A program made the position numbers and the translations under genes. Source: Albugo candida (taxonomy: Eukaryota). From it: a DNA stretch of 64,000 bases. The stretch spans positions 1 through 64,000 of the forward strand of contig JBDOQK010000037.1 of the NCBI GenBank assembly GCA_040437565.1. The letters run 5' to 3'. This document shows, one piece after another, positions 26,224-38,488 of this stretch (positions are counted from its first letter, which is position 1; every line of letters begins with the position of its first letter). The notes under the pieces are model-generated. The model did not search any database. It was not told where the DNA came from and worked only from the letters and a program-made list of their open reading frames with translations.

Positions 26224-27225
26224 ATGTCTGAAAGTGTGGAGGAATTTACAGCGAAAGTAGAAAAGCTTGATATATGTCAGATAGACGGTGGAAAGCATGG
26301 AAGACATTCGAGTAACTCTCGAAATGGAATGAAAAATATATGTTACAAATTCATGCAACGCAGATGCAAAAACACAAACTGCGTATACATTCACGATGGC
26401 AAGTTGTGTCCTCAATATTATAGGACGGGGCACTGTAGTCGTGCGGATGAGTGTACCAAGAACCACTTTGTCAGCGCACTTGAGAAAGAAGAAGCGCCTG
26501 AAGATACAAAAGAAAAAAGAACACACCGAAAACCTGGAAAACGCACCATTAAACGAAACACGGAAACGTGGGAACCAATGAAGAAGCCAGTGGATGTGCG
26601 CATAGTTTTTGATTTGGGTCACATGGAGCAAAAATGTACCACACAATTGACTGATCGCGACATCTTATTGGCTCCAAACTTGTTTCACGAGTATCCAACA
26701 CATTACATTTATAATCAACTGGTACAAGAGATTGAAAATTGTGGTTTGCCAAAGGGTAATTTACTTAAGTTATGGCATGGGAATGATAAGATTGAGGGCA
26801 CGCACTTCATTGCTGATGACAAGATGGCGTGGAAAAAGGCTTGTCCGACGTTCGAACTCGTACTTGATCGAGTAAAAACGTTTTTCCAGATGGAAATCCG
26901 GGCAACGCGTTTCAATTGGTACAAAGACACGTCACAATGGAAACCATTTCATTTTGACGCAGCTGCTATGAAACCTGAAAAAGCCGCATTGCAAAATTTT
27001 ACGGTAGGAGTATCTTTCGGCGCCACACGAGATGCCGCGTTTGAGCATGCATCAACCAAGACAGTGTTAAGTCTCCCACAAGCTGATGGATGCATATACG
27101 CTTTTGCTAAAGATACTAATATTTTATGGCGACACGGCATTCTGCAAGACAATCCCGTCAGAAATGAAGGTAGAATCTCCATCATTGCTTGGGGCTGGGT
27201 TGATCAGATGGTACCCGTCGCATGA
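26224..27225 (+). CDS. Tandem CCCH zinc finger plus AlkB-like 2OG-Fe(II) dioxygenase
   Basis: C-x7-C-x4-C-x3-H and C-x8-C-x5-C-x3-H fingers; NWY...HFD, VSFGATR, WRHGI, RISI motifs; intronless. Confidence 0.8.
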   Translation: MSESVEEFTAKVEKLDICQIDGGKHGRHSSNSRNGMKNICYKFMQRRCKNTNCVYIHDGKLCPQYYRTGHCSRADECTKNHFVSALEKEEAPEDTKEKRTHRKPGKRTIKRNTETWEPMKKPVDVRIVFDLGHMEQKCTTQLTDRDILLAPNLFHEYPTHYIYNQLVQEIENCGLPKGNLLKLWHGNDKIEGTHFIADDKMAWKKACPTFELVLDRVKTFFQMEIRATRFNWYKDTSQWKPFHFDAAAMKPEKAALQNFTVGVSFGATRDAAFEHASTKTVLSLPQADGCIYAFAKDTNILWRHGILQDNPVRNEGRISIIAWGWVDQMVPVA

Positions 27226-28793
27226 ATTGATATGTAATTCAGTCAACTATCGAGGATATTTATAGTAGGTAGAGAGGGTAACGATTTTGCCCGATAAGAT
27301 GCGTTAATAGCGATCGACATAGTTGCTAAATATACTCACTGTTAAGGGTAGCAGCGGAACCCTTCTAACGGACATCGAGATAGGAGCTAATTGACCTTGA
27401 AAAGTTTTGGATTTGCGCCAACTTGGCTAGACTCTAGCTCTAAAGACTTCATTGCTCCGGTAGGAAGGGTCAATAAGCATCGACTCTGAATATCTGAGGT
27501 AGAATGTGTCACCATGCAGAACCGTCAAGTCTTCCGTAACAAGCTTACAACCACAATACGCTGTGTGTTAACGCATTTACCCTTTGCCACATGCACATGA
27601 GTCGGAAACTAGTAATATTAACTGAATTTGACTTGTCAGAGTTTGCAAGCAAATCGTTACACATGATTTCAGACATTGATGACGGATCCCGTAACCTTCT
27701 AAGCTGACAGAGTAGAATCTGGCTTTGTATCAGGCTTCATTCGAATGCCTATAGAGTATATATTTGCGTGCGATGAATCCACGAAAACAGTTTTCTAATG
27801 TAAGGTTGTTTTGTCAGAGTGCAACTTCAATCTACGATTTGAAATGAAAGGAAATGGTGATTACCACTGAACTCCGCCTTTTTTAATATCCCATCGTGCA
27901 TACATTTCTGAGCGCGAAAAAGCATGTGAAGTTGTGATACCTGAGCTCATGTCCCACAGAACATTGCTATATTCCTTTTGATATATAAAAGCCGTCGTCA
28001 CTATTCTCCTCACACATTTCGATAAATTAATAAGAAAAGCAAGTAAGTCACGGTCACCGATGCTCACAAGTATATGTAGTCGACTCGCAATCCAGGGATG
28101 TGTTTAAAATTCATTTAAGTCATAGAGCCGCATACACGTACCAATGACTATTGCAAGAAACAGAGCTAATATCGATGTTTGGTTGTAAGTACGATATCGT
28201 GCTTTGTGAATATTGTTGTGAGCATGCTAACGATGCTGTTATGATCCGAATATTCTACGGCCAAACGATGTTTGCAATAAACTTCGAAGCTTTGTGATTA
28301 TATACTCGTGTCAAAAAATCCAAATTTTACCGGAGTCACGGTTTTTTCAAAATATATATTGTTCACTGTAGCCCGATCCTTTAACAGAGATTTTCAAAAG
28401 AAGTTAAGAACCGGTAAAAATTTGAAAAAGATAACGTTAAAAATACAGTCCAGAAATTTTCATGCTTTCAGAGACTTTGTATTCGTTGGGATTATAAGCC
28501 AATCAGCAGCTCGTATTCCAAAAATAATCTAGCTAATTCAACTTTCACAAAAAGAAAATCCGAAAACAACATTCGTTTTGATCGAACAGTCCATCGTAAT
28601 CTCGGAGACATGAATCAAAAGTTAGCAGATTGGATCTTGAGAGCAAAAAAACGGACTAAAAAACAGGATCGAAGCCAAACAATTCAAAATAAAAGCCGAC
28701 TTTTGCAGTGTTAAGATACTCGGTGCTCTGCCATTATACAATTTGACCTGAGTGATACAGCAGGTATTATACGACAAACGTGTTAACACAAGC

Positions 28794-29636
28794 ATGTTAC
28801 AACAACGCTATGAAATCCATCACACTATAGGTGAAGCATTATACGGTCAAGTATGGTTCTGTCTTGATCAGTCATTTCACAATCGACCCGTTGCAATCAA
28901 ACAAATCGATCTGGCACAAGTACATCAGGTGCTGTTAGGTAACAAACAAATGGACAATCCATTCAACGAAGGCCTCACAATACATAAGCTTATGAGTGGT
29001 GGAAAACCTCACAATCACATTCTTCAGTTTTATGACGCATTCATCGTCGATCAATCGTACTATGTTGTGATGGAATACTGCGAAGGAGGCGATTTGTTAG
29101 ATTTATTGCAATCTATGCCGCAACACCGATTTCCGGAGCCTATCGCCATGCGATATTTTCGTCAGATTGTACACGGCCTTAGGCATTTACACACACAAAA
29201 TATTGCACATCGCGACATATCACTTGAGAATATTTTGATGAAAAGAAACCAGTGCAAAATATGTGATTTCGGCTTGAGTACTCCAGCTCATCGTATGTGT
29301 TCAGAAACGGTGGGGAAAGCGTACTACATGGCTCCTGAAGTTGTTCTTGGTGAGCAATATGATCCCGCCGCTGCTGATGTGTGGTCTTTGGGAATTCTGC
29401 TATTTATCATGCTGACAGGTTCTCCTCTGACTCCGAGTGCTTCAGAGGAAGAGAAAGCATTCATGGCGTTTAAGAAGTACGGAGTAGCAGGAATTATTTT
29501 CTCTTGGGAAATGCATTTGCTTCTTTCCGATGAGGTCGTCGACTTATTGAGCGGTTTGTTGCAATTGTCGCCACTCAAACGATTGACAATCGAAGAAATT
29601 ATTCTGCATTCAGCTTTTGCGACAAACGTGTGGTAG
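28794..29636 (+). CDS. CAMK-group Ser/Thr protein kinase
   Basis: VAIK, HRDISLEN, DFG, GKAYYMAPE, DVWSLG; likely start MLQQRYE. Confidence 0.92.
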   Translation: MLQQRYEIHHTIGEALYGQVWFCLDQSFHNRPVAIKQIDLAQVHQVLLGNKQMDNPFNEGLTIHKLMSGGKPHNHILQFYDAFIVDQSYYVVMEYCEGGDLLDLLQSMPQHRFPEPIAMRYFRQIVHGLRHLHTQNIAHRDISLENILMKRNQCKICDFGLSTPAHRMCSETVGKAYYMAPEVVLGEQYDPAAADVWSLGILLFIMLTGSPLTPSASEEEKAFMAFKKYGVAGIIFSWEMHLLLSDEVVDLLSGLLQLSPLKRLTIEEIILHSAFATNVW

Positions 29637-29741
29637 AGGAAACGCCCAGCCGTCATGGCAATTTTAGAACAGAGCACCCGCTCAAGCAGTAGCTGTAATT
29701 TTGCTTGTGATCATTCCGCTTAACTTCTTAACCGAATTTAG

Positions 29742-31226
29742 TTACGGACACTTTTTATGTATCAACGACGGACCATGTTCTGCGTACTCTTCTTTGGACA
29801 TCCACATTTCATGAAATGACCCGAGTGAGCCAAGGATTGATCCACCAAGGAATGATCCGATTTTTCGTTCCTGAGGTTGAGCTGCGATTACTTTGACTCG
29901 AACATTGGTGCCTGTGCCGATCGTACCACTATTGGTATTCATACTTGGTTGCGTGTTCCCTGATACAGGAAAAGATCGTTTTTGTAACGACACCGCTGCC
30001 TCTTTCTCCAGTCGATTTGTCAGATTCTCGAAACAAGAACTGCCACCGGTCACGATAATATTCTGAAACAAGTCTCGGCGTGCATCTGTCTCGGTTGTAT
30101 ACCCACCCACATCACAGATAAGTTTAGAAAGCGACATCCCATTCGGAGACGTGGAGACGGTACGTGAGTCTTCTATATCACTTTTAAAGTAATGTTCTGC
30201 TACACTGAATCTCTCCGCACCTAATGAGATGATCGTTTTGTCGGGTAACTCATACTGAATACGTGGTAATTGCGTATTTTCATTTTCCAAAAATGTGCTA
30301 TCTGCAACATGACAAAGATTGCTTTCTTTTGCTTGTGTGTAATACGTCCAAAGAGGGTGCTTCAGCTCTGTGCATAAGTTCTGCGACTCCCACTGCGCGT
30401 GCAACCTTGACTGTAAGAATGCGTCTAGATCAAAACCACCAAATTCAACCATTTGTGTTCGAGGGTACCGGAATGCGTATCCTTCTTGGACAGTGGATAC
30501 ACTAGTATACGTCGCACCCATTTCCACTACCAATCCACTGGTACGTGCGTTGGCATAACAAGCCAAAACCGAGCTCTTGGAACAAAATAGAGCCGGAAGT
30601 TGTAGTTGCTCCATGAGCGCTTGTACCATTTCCTCTCGGGCTTTTCGACTCTGCTTTATATCTTCCTTACTATGTTCGAGAATGGTACTGTCCAAATGAT
30701 GTCTAATAGGTGCATTAACACTATTCCTCACGTTCGCGTTTGGAGATCGCATTCGTGAATCTGCTTCCTTTGTATCAATCCCTCTCCCTAAGGTAACACC
30801 TTTGTCGGATAATTTATCAAAATTACCAAATGGGCGTTCCACCAATAGAAGAGGACGTTCAGCCCAGTCTACTTGAAGATTCGTAGTACCCATTTTCAAG
30901 AGCCAATCACAAATTCCTTCAGTATCAAATTCCATTTCTTTTGCTTCTTTTGCGACTTGGAAGTGATCTTTACCAACTCTCCGCGACAGTATACTCTCGT
31001 ATACGTGAGGAAAGTCTTCGCCCGCGTATCCTAATTTACATCGTGACGTGCCGTATTCGAATATCAACGCACCCAGGTCATTTGCTTCAGCTTGTGCACT
31101 TGTATGAGCAGACAAGTTGATTGATTTGTTGTGATTATTGTTTGTAAACGTTGTTGTCCCCGTGCTTTCTTTCTCGTTGAAAGTGTTGCTATCGGCATCA
31201 TTCACGCTTTGTCCACCAGTGTACAT
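29742..31226 (-). CDS. ARP4: Nuclear actin-related protein ARP4
   Basis: MYTGG...CKLGYAGEDFP, YELPD, LFQNIIVTGG, GGSILGSLGSFHEMWMSKEEYAEHG...KKCP. Confidence 0.88.
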   Translation of the reverse strand: MYTGGQSVNDADSNTFNEKESTGTTTFTNNNHNKSINLSAHTSAQAEANDLGALIFEYGTSRCKLGYAGEDFPHVYESILSRRVGKDHFQVAKEAKEMEFDTEGICDWLLKMGTTNLQVDWAERPLLLVERPFGNFDKLSDKGVTLGRGIDTKEADSRMRSPNANVRNSVNAPIRHHLDSTILEHSKEDIKQSRKAREEMVQALMEQLQLPALFCSKSSVLACYANARTSGLVVEMGATYTSVSTVQEGYAFRYPRTQMVEFGGFDLDAFLQSRLHAQWESQNLCTELKHPLWTYYTQAKESNLCHVADSTFLENENTQLPRIQYELPDKTIISLGAERFSVAEHYFKSDIEDSRTVSTSPNGMSLSKLICDVGGYTTETDARRDLFQNIIVTGGSSCFENLTNRLEKEAAVSLQKRSFPVSGNTQPSMNTNSGTIGTGTNVRVKVIAAQPQERKIGSFLGGSILGSLGSFHEMWMSKEEYAEHGPSLIHKKCP

Positions 31227-31416
31227 TCTTTTATGTAATGTACGGTACCTACTTGTGCGGGTTCCGTAGCTGTGCACAAGAATGATGAAAATGTTCGTCA
31301 CAGTGACAATAAGGTCTCTCTGAACCAATTTGGAATGGCCGAAAAGTGCATTCCACCTGATATGTCAACCTCTCTCACTCCTAAGATCTTTTTCCTATCT
31401 TCTTTTCGTGAAAGCA

Positions 31417-32592
31417 CTTTGTCAGTCCCATGGATTTGAATCAAAAACTGAATGAATTAATAGAAAAGACCTGAGGCAAATGACACCTTACACCACAAAT
31501 TGTTGAAATGGAGAAACTGAGCTGTACCGTCATCTCATGTGGTCGGATCGCCTTTGAAAACTCCTTATGCACAACCGCATGCACAATAGAATTGGAAGAG
31601 TACTCATAATCAGTCAAGCTGCGATCTACATTCTTCGACTTGTATTCTCCTTACCCATCAGATTATGCTATTCGTGTGATTTTTGATGAAAGTCGGATAA
31701 TGCTTCAAATGAGCATTGCTCGTGCCGCAACCCGGTGACTAGAGTGGTAGGATTAACACCCGACGGTTTTACACGTAACGCATTCGTCTTATTTCTAATT
31801 AATTTATTATCGAGCTGACCAAGTGCAAGTTCAGTCAGTTGTAAACGATGTGAAGAAATAATTGGCTCTCTGCTATCGATTCCAGCCGTCCTTTAGCAGC
31901 ACTTCCTGATGCAAACGTTCTGCTTGAACAATGTATCTCGAAAGTTACTAGGGGNNNNNNNNNNNNNNNNNNNNNNNNNNNNNNNNNNNNNNNNNNNNNN
32001 NNNNNNNNNNNNNNNNNNNNNNNNNNNNNNNNNNNNNNNNNNNNNNNNNNNNNNCTTTGTCAGTCCCATGGATTTGAATCAAAAACTGAATGAATTAATA
32101 GAAAAGACCTGAGGCAAATGACACCTTACACCACAAATTGTTGAAATGGAGAAACTGAGCTGTACCGTCATCTCATGTGGTCGGATCGCCTTTGAAAACT
32201 CCTTATGCACAACCGCATGCACAATAGAATTGGAAGAGTACTCATAATCAGTCAAGCTGCGATCTACATTCTTCGACTTGTATTCTCCTTACCCATCAGA
32301 TTATGCTATTCGTGTGATTTTTGATGAAAGTCGGATAATGCTTCAAATGAGCATTGCTCGTGCCGCAACCCGGTGACTAGAGTGGTAGGATTAACACCCG
32401 ACGGTTTTACACGTAACGCATTCGTCTTATTTCTAATTAATTTATTATCGAGCTGACCAAGTGCAAGTTCAGTCAGTTGTAAACGATGTGAAGAAATAAT
32501 TGGCTCTCTGCTATCGATTCCAGCCGTCCTTTAGCAGCACTTCCTGATGCAAACGTTCTGCTTGAACAATGTATCTCGAAAGTTACTAGGGG
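31417..32592. other. 100-N gap (31955-32054) flanked by a 538-bp direct duplication
   Basis: 31417-31954 = 32055-32592. Confidence 0.9.
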
Positions 32593-35476
32593 CAAAATGA
32601 GGCTTCTCTTCACATCTGATGAAGTTGTTAGCACATCTACTAACAGGTGTTCTGGCCATGAGCTCAAGCTTTCGGCTCGGAGATACTAGCTGACGCGGGG
32701 ACACTGCCTCGTATCGTCGATTTGAGTTTTACCACCAGCCAACTGAAATTAATGGTTGACGACGAAATAAAGCGTAAGCCCGGTTTAGTGACTAAATTCA
32801 ATCGTAATTTGGGACCAGGTGATTAAATTCTTTTTAAGAAATATTTTGGTCGTGTTCAATCCCGCAACTGATCGTGTGAACCTTCTCTTCCTACTTTTCA
32901 AACCACTACGCAACTCTTGGCTCGCTAAAAAAACAGCCTGACTTGATGCCTACCTTACATTGAATGACTATTACTGGACCATTATCCATTAACACGCACA
33001 CCTTTCTGGAGAGAGAAAGACACACAAGATATTTCAACTTTTCAGCATCGTTTGATGCAACAACCTCACACTCTTCAGAACCATCAACGAACTAGATAAT
33101 ATCCCGAATTTGAGTAGCTTATGTTTCTCAATCACATCGCATGGCACTGTGTCACCCCATAGCTCACCTTCACCACTTATACCATCTTTGGCTACCGACT
33201 TACGGCATTATGCAAATACTTATTGTGAACCCTGCAGAAATTATTCAAGAAGTCGACTTATCTTCGCATTATCTATCCGCGCGTACATAACAATCAAGTC
33301 ATGGACTTTTGCAGCTCCTATACGCATGGGTTACGGCCTTTTGCGACTACTGTTGTGGACAGTATTTCATTGGACATGTAGCTTGGTTCTATCTAAGCAC
33401 CATATGAGCTTTTAGCAGTTTGATACCGTGTCCTGCGACATTAAATCACATGCATATCGAGCCCCAGCGTATCGTCTGAAGAACGTTTACTTTTTAGAGT
33501 TCGGATCAGCTGAAATCATCTTGATTGTGCGCGATCACTTCCACCATCTCGACAGACTTCTATTTATGTCACCTTATAAAGCATACTCTTAATGCAGCAG
33601 TGACACCAGTAATCAACAGCTACGCCACAGAGATGATTTTAATCGCAACAAGATAAGCTCAATGTTTCTGGTGGCATCGCTGATGAGTGAGACAACGCAA
33701 TTTCTAGTATTCAAACGAATGAATGCTGACCTCGACTGTCCACCGACATCATAAGTAGCACTCCTTCCAAAAATCCTCCTTGTTACCACACCAGCCTGCA
33801 CCGGAATCAGCATAACTGCCAAGTTGACTTATCAGAGAGGAAGGGGGCGAGTCAGATCCGTCTGTATTCGTCGTCAGTACGCTGTGATAAATTTTTGGTC
33901 TGGCGTTGCCAAAGACGTGCAGGCTCAGTATCCTTGCAGTCAGGCGGTCGGCGATGGTACATTTCCGTCTCCCCTAGCTTGCGCCTTCCGTCATTTTCAA
34001 GGCGCGAGAAACATCACGCATTCACGTGCGTCAAAACTTTGTCGCCGTAAGGCTCCCATCAGCCTGGGTGCTCTGCGATCGTACCATGAGAAGTACCTGG
34101 GATATGTTGACCTCTTGTAGCACCTCACCGTTAAGAGATGCTTGTGTGCCGTTGCAGCAACAGTCATCTCATTATAGTCTGTAATAAAGAAGCGCTCAGT
34201 CCAAGGGACCCCTCTGAATTTCATCGGGAAGTACAGGTGGAGGCCATAGCGATTTACAGAAACTAAGCGCTCAAAGTCCTAGCTTGCGCAGGTGCAGTCC
34301 TGATGGGGCGCGACGCGAGCTGGCGTTGACTGTTTCATTTCGCGGTATGGGATGTGTGTCATTGCTCTTCTTAGTGGACCAAATGCTCGTGTCGTCGATT
34401 CGATCATGTTTAGCGGCGCAACAAATAAGCAGTTTTTCTTAGCCATACTTGTAGTATATAGTGAAGAAGAAATGCTTTCCCTACCGTAAGATTTAATGAT
34501 CCTCAAATGCTTCCTACTGCTGCAATCCGTGCGTACTAAGCAAGAAATGAAGGCGACGTTATGCGTTTTTATGTTTAGTAAATGTTCCAAATCATTGTCA
34601 GAGAGGTGACAAGAAATAGGGACACTCTTCCATTGTTGGATCTGAATGAGGTATTGCACGCCTTGTCGATAAGATATCACGAAACGTGCTCATTTGGATA
34701 TAACTAAGCGATCATTTCAGCATACACTTTTGGTAGCAGGTAGAAGTTTTGGCTATTTCGTTTGGTTCCTTGGAATTGGTTTTATGTCTGATTTAAACAT
34801 TCTACTTATGGAGTGTATGCTAATATGTAGCTTGTGCACACAGCTAAAAGACTTGAATATGCTGTACGGCTACTTGGTTCCTTTATTCGTCTTGCACGGC
34901 AGCGGGATACATCATGGAGTAGCAGATCTGGAGGCGGGACATAATCAAGCCTGAAGCCTTCTTTAATAAACAGTTCTGCGCGATATTAAAAACTCAAGAC
35001 GAGACTTCATTGATTGTGGGCACTGCAATGTTCATTAACGGAATTGCAGGATAGTTCAGATGTGTAGATAATTTCGCTTCATAAAAGCGTCAATGTGTTG
35101 ATTCAATTCTTCGCCAGAGGCCACATGAATGATACAGGTGTATCAGAAAAGAGTATTTAGTCAGTACGAAGCCGACCATCTCGACCAAAACACCCAAATC
35201 TCTGTGAAATGTCCGTGCCTGTATGTGAATTTGCAAGGCAGTACTCGTGCACAAATCACTCAAAATTTAAAAGACATATTTACATGATACGGATTTTACC
35301 ATTGACTATGTACCGAGAATGTTTTTCTTCCACATAAGATTGCTAAATTTACAACTCAATAAAAAGGCGCCGCCCAGTGACGCGCTACTTGGGCTCATGT
35401 AGCGTACTTGATCACTATGAGAAGTTGAAATGATGGAGGGAAACCACAAAGAAAGCGATAAATTTTCCGCTCGTTG

Positions 35477-36310
35477 CTACGTGCTCGGTGCCCTTGTCAT
35501 ATGGTTGATTTTGTTTTCCTGCAAAAGCGCCGGCCCACTGCTACATCGATCGTGCTGAAGATCGCTTCTATCATTTAACAAATCGTGCTTCAATTTTCTA
35601 TCGTCTCGAAAGCTTTTTCCAAAAAAGGAAAGCATTAACGAAGCAGCAGCTTCCGTATTCCTCTCAAGTCGTACTTCATCCGCTGGCAGATCTTCCAGGA
35701 TATTTTTGCTTGGTTGCACGGATTTATGGAAAAAAAGACTTTTTCTTACTCGTTCCAGCTTTCCATTGGCATCCGGATCGTCAATTACGTCTTTCAACTT
35801 GGTTTCTAGATGAAAAATGTGACGCGAGTACTTCATCTTTTCTTCCACCGTATGTGTATTGTCTTGTGCTTTTTTAAGCATGTCGATCGTTCGTAATAAC
35901 GACCGGATTTGACGATGCGGCCACCTTTTGATTCCACAGCGGCGACAAATGCGCTTGAGAAAAGTAGTACAAATGCCGAATTCCCGAGCTACTTGTACAA
36001 TAGGCTTATTAAAGTGAGGTCGGAGATCAGATAGTCTGATGTCTCTGGATGTTGAGGTCAATTGCGCTTTGCGTTGTAACAACCCTCTACAAGTTTGTAC
36101 TCGGAATTGCGGTTTATGGATAAGCGTAACTGTTTTTTCAGATACTTCGTCATGAGCTTTGGTCAGACAATATAGATGAGAAGAGCGTTCAGCGACAGTT
36201 GAGGATGTAATACCGTCCGATGCGTTTATGCGCATTTTTGCCAAAGAAACACCGGCCTGGATTTCTGTATTGCTCAGACAGCACAATGATGAAGGAGCTA
36301 CCCGATTCAT
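35477..36310 (-). CDS. RWP-RK transcription factor (second copy)
   Basis: HFNKPIVQVAREFGICTTFLKRICRRCGIKRWPHRQIRSL followed by a coiled coil; first in-frame ATG at 36310. Confidence 0.88.
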   Translation of the reverse strand: MNRVAPSSLCCLSNTEIQAGVSLAKMRINASDGITSSTVAERSSHLYCLTKAHDEVSEKTVTLIHKPQFRVQTCRGLLQRKAQLTSTSRDIRLSDLRPHFNKPIVQVAREFGICTTFLKRICRRCGIKRWPHRQIRSLLRTIDMLKKAQDNTHTVEEKMKYSRHIFHLETKLKDVIDDPDANGKLERVRKSLFFHKSVQPSKNILEDLPADEVRLERNTEAAASLMLSFFGKSFRDDRKLKHDLLNDRSDLQHDRCSSGPALLQENKINHMTRAPST

Positions 36311-36695
36311 CGCCGCGGTGACTTGTGAGTAACTGTACTTTGTCAGCAATTATCGAGCGAGACAATCAAGGTAAGTGAAATGCTCGAAAAACTTTTCAGC
36401 TCTTAGTTTTTCGAAAGAGTTTCATTCATGTATTAAACACTTGATTTGTGGTCCTAGGTCTATGGTCAAACGGAAGCAACTATGCCTTAGAGACTTTATG
36501 TGCAAAAATGTTGCACGCTCACAGTGAGAAGGGGTCACCACAGCCAGGAGGGCCTCAAGCAGATATCTAGAAGACTAATTCCAACCGTGGGTTTGTTCGA
36601 ATAATTGTAGGTAGGTATGCAGGGGCTTCGGACAAGGCCTTACCCAACACTTTTCAGCACAGTCAAAAAAATCAAGCTGAGTAAGAGTCTTTACC

Positions 36696-37734
36696 ATGCA
36701 AAAAAGTTTGCCGATATTTTTAGCCGTTGCTGCTCTTTTCCTTCATGCTAAGTCAAGTACGGAATACGATTTGTTGCGTCATGATGGTCAATTCTTTTTC
36801 AAATTGCCCGAGGAAAATTACGTTTTCATTAGACTTCATGATGTTCGCTCAATTCTACCGTCAGGTACGATCCCAACGTCACCAAACAATTGTTTGGACG
36901 ACTATTATCAACATTCATACGATGAAAAGGAGATTAACTTACATGGGATGATACCAGAATCGGCGAAGAGCGGTCAAGTGTCAGGGGTACTGGACCACAA
37001 GCCTCTCAATAAGCTGGGTCGGTGTCTATGAGGCTGACAAAAAAAGCTGGAACATCGTTCTAGCACTCCATCAAGTAGGGTCCCTCACTCCTGCCATGAT
37101 ATTGGGGCTAGGCCAGAGTAACTTTAACAGAGAGCTGTTTCCGGTCGTGCTAAAGCTTCTTCCAACGAATAACAAAATCGTATTCCAAAAGAACTTGAAG
37201 CAAGCACAACGTGAGCGAGTCATCAATACGGAAGCTGGTTTTTTCAAATGGACACCACAAAAAGAAATCGCGACAATTTCCTCACCTTCGGTTGGTGAAT
37301 TTGTATCATTTGCGCTGGATGACTTCGTGCAATTGCCGCGCTGCTTGATTAATAAGCTTCCGGAGACTTGCGCTGTCACATACCCGGACGAAGCAAAAAC
37401 CAAACAAGTATGTATCAGTATTTCATGCACGTGTAATACATGGATGCTTAGCTACGACAGAAAGAACGAAAATCAAGCCAGTATATCCCTCACTCTCGAA
37501 GACTTGATGCATGACGAAGAGGAGATGAATGCTGGCATGTGCAGCACGGTGATTCGGGCAACACCACAAAAAGCAGTTGGGGCCGAGGCGAGAATGAAAA
37601 CAATTGGCTTGGGCACTTTGAAGTCAAAGTACGTTGTTATCGACGAACGTGGATACCAAATCCTTGACAGTAAATTTGCGGAAGCTGAATCGACGCCGAG
37701 AGATCGAGAAACTCGCACAATTTATGAGAATTAA
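36696..37734 (+). CDS. Secreted protein, probable divergent pepsin-fold (aspartic protease-like) lacking catalytic motifs
   Basis: Signal peptide MQKSLPIFLAVAALFLHAKS; intron about 37018-37078 joins the two ORFs in frame; ILGLG, QLPRCLINKL, LTLEDLM and IGLGTLKSKYVVID resemble A1 protease landmarks. Confidence 0.65.
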
Positions 37735-38239
37735 TCGAAGATCAGCGATTTTGCCTGCCCAGAGTATAACTGGATTTGACAGTAGAAAAAGATTCCGATG
37801 CGCTCTTGCAAGCACATTGCTCTGAATTCGGAAGCTGTTCTTAGTTAGTGTCACACTCAAAATAGATAATATCCATTTAGCTCTTGGTGACGCCCGTTGC
37901 AATTAATTCTAATACAAGCGTTGATCTATAAATGTGAGCATGCGCTTAGGGAGCGACGTTTGCGTAAGCCTTTGACCTCGTCATAGCGTTTAGATAAAGC
38001 CGGTCTGTGCTCTAGACCTCTTTGTGGATCGCAGCCAGACTGCACTCTTTATGGAAGTTACGTTACATTATACTTACTTCACTCTTTATAGCCGGTAGTT
38101 CACTTAAAGTACTCGTTCGATCAGATATTTTCTTAATACGGTAACATGTTAAATGTAATGTGTTTACGCAACTGCACCCATCCGACGGTCACTCCTATCG
38201 TTACAATTCACTCAAATACAGTTCTTATCGAACATTTGT

Positions 38240-38420
38240 GCGGTATGCATCTGATGGCAAAAAGGTCCACAGTTTTCTAGACTACAAAATGAACCCCGAA
38301 ACGCATCAATGGGAGGTATTGGTCAGATGGCAGAGATGGACAAAGCCGAAAATAGCTGGGTGTCTGCGCGTATCCTCTTGGATGATGTACCGCTGTAATT
38401 GGCGTGGTGGATACATACCG
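38240..38420 (+). mobile_element. Frameshifted chromodomain of a Ty3/Gypsy (chromovirus) integrase
   Basis: VHSFLDYKMNPETHQWEVLVRWQ / MDKAENSWVSARILLDDVP matches the oomycete Gypsy chromodomain; purine-rich tract at 38466-38482 downstream. Confidence 0.75.
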
Positions 38421-38488
38421 ATGCTAGGCGGAAGATATGCGAAGTTTCGTCCTCAATGGAACTTCAAGTGGGTGAGGGAAATGATCTG

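Noticed and set aside
31417..32592. 538-bp direct repeats resembling paired LTRs
   Set aside because: Separated only by Ns, with no TG..CA ends or internal pol.
32845..32875. tRNA B-box-like GTGTTCAATCCC (and an A-box-like stretch near 31735)
   Set aside because: No cloverleaf can be folded around either.
33400..34700. Possible DNA-transposon (hAT/MULE-like) traces such as CVVSLISDATRN and GVLLMMSVDSRGQ
   Set aside because: Too fragmentary; the two readings imply different families and no terminal repeats were seen. Needs a translated repeat search.
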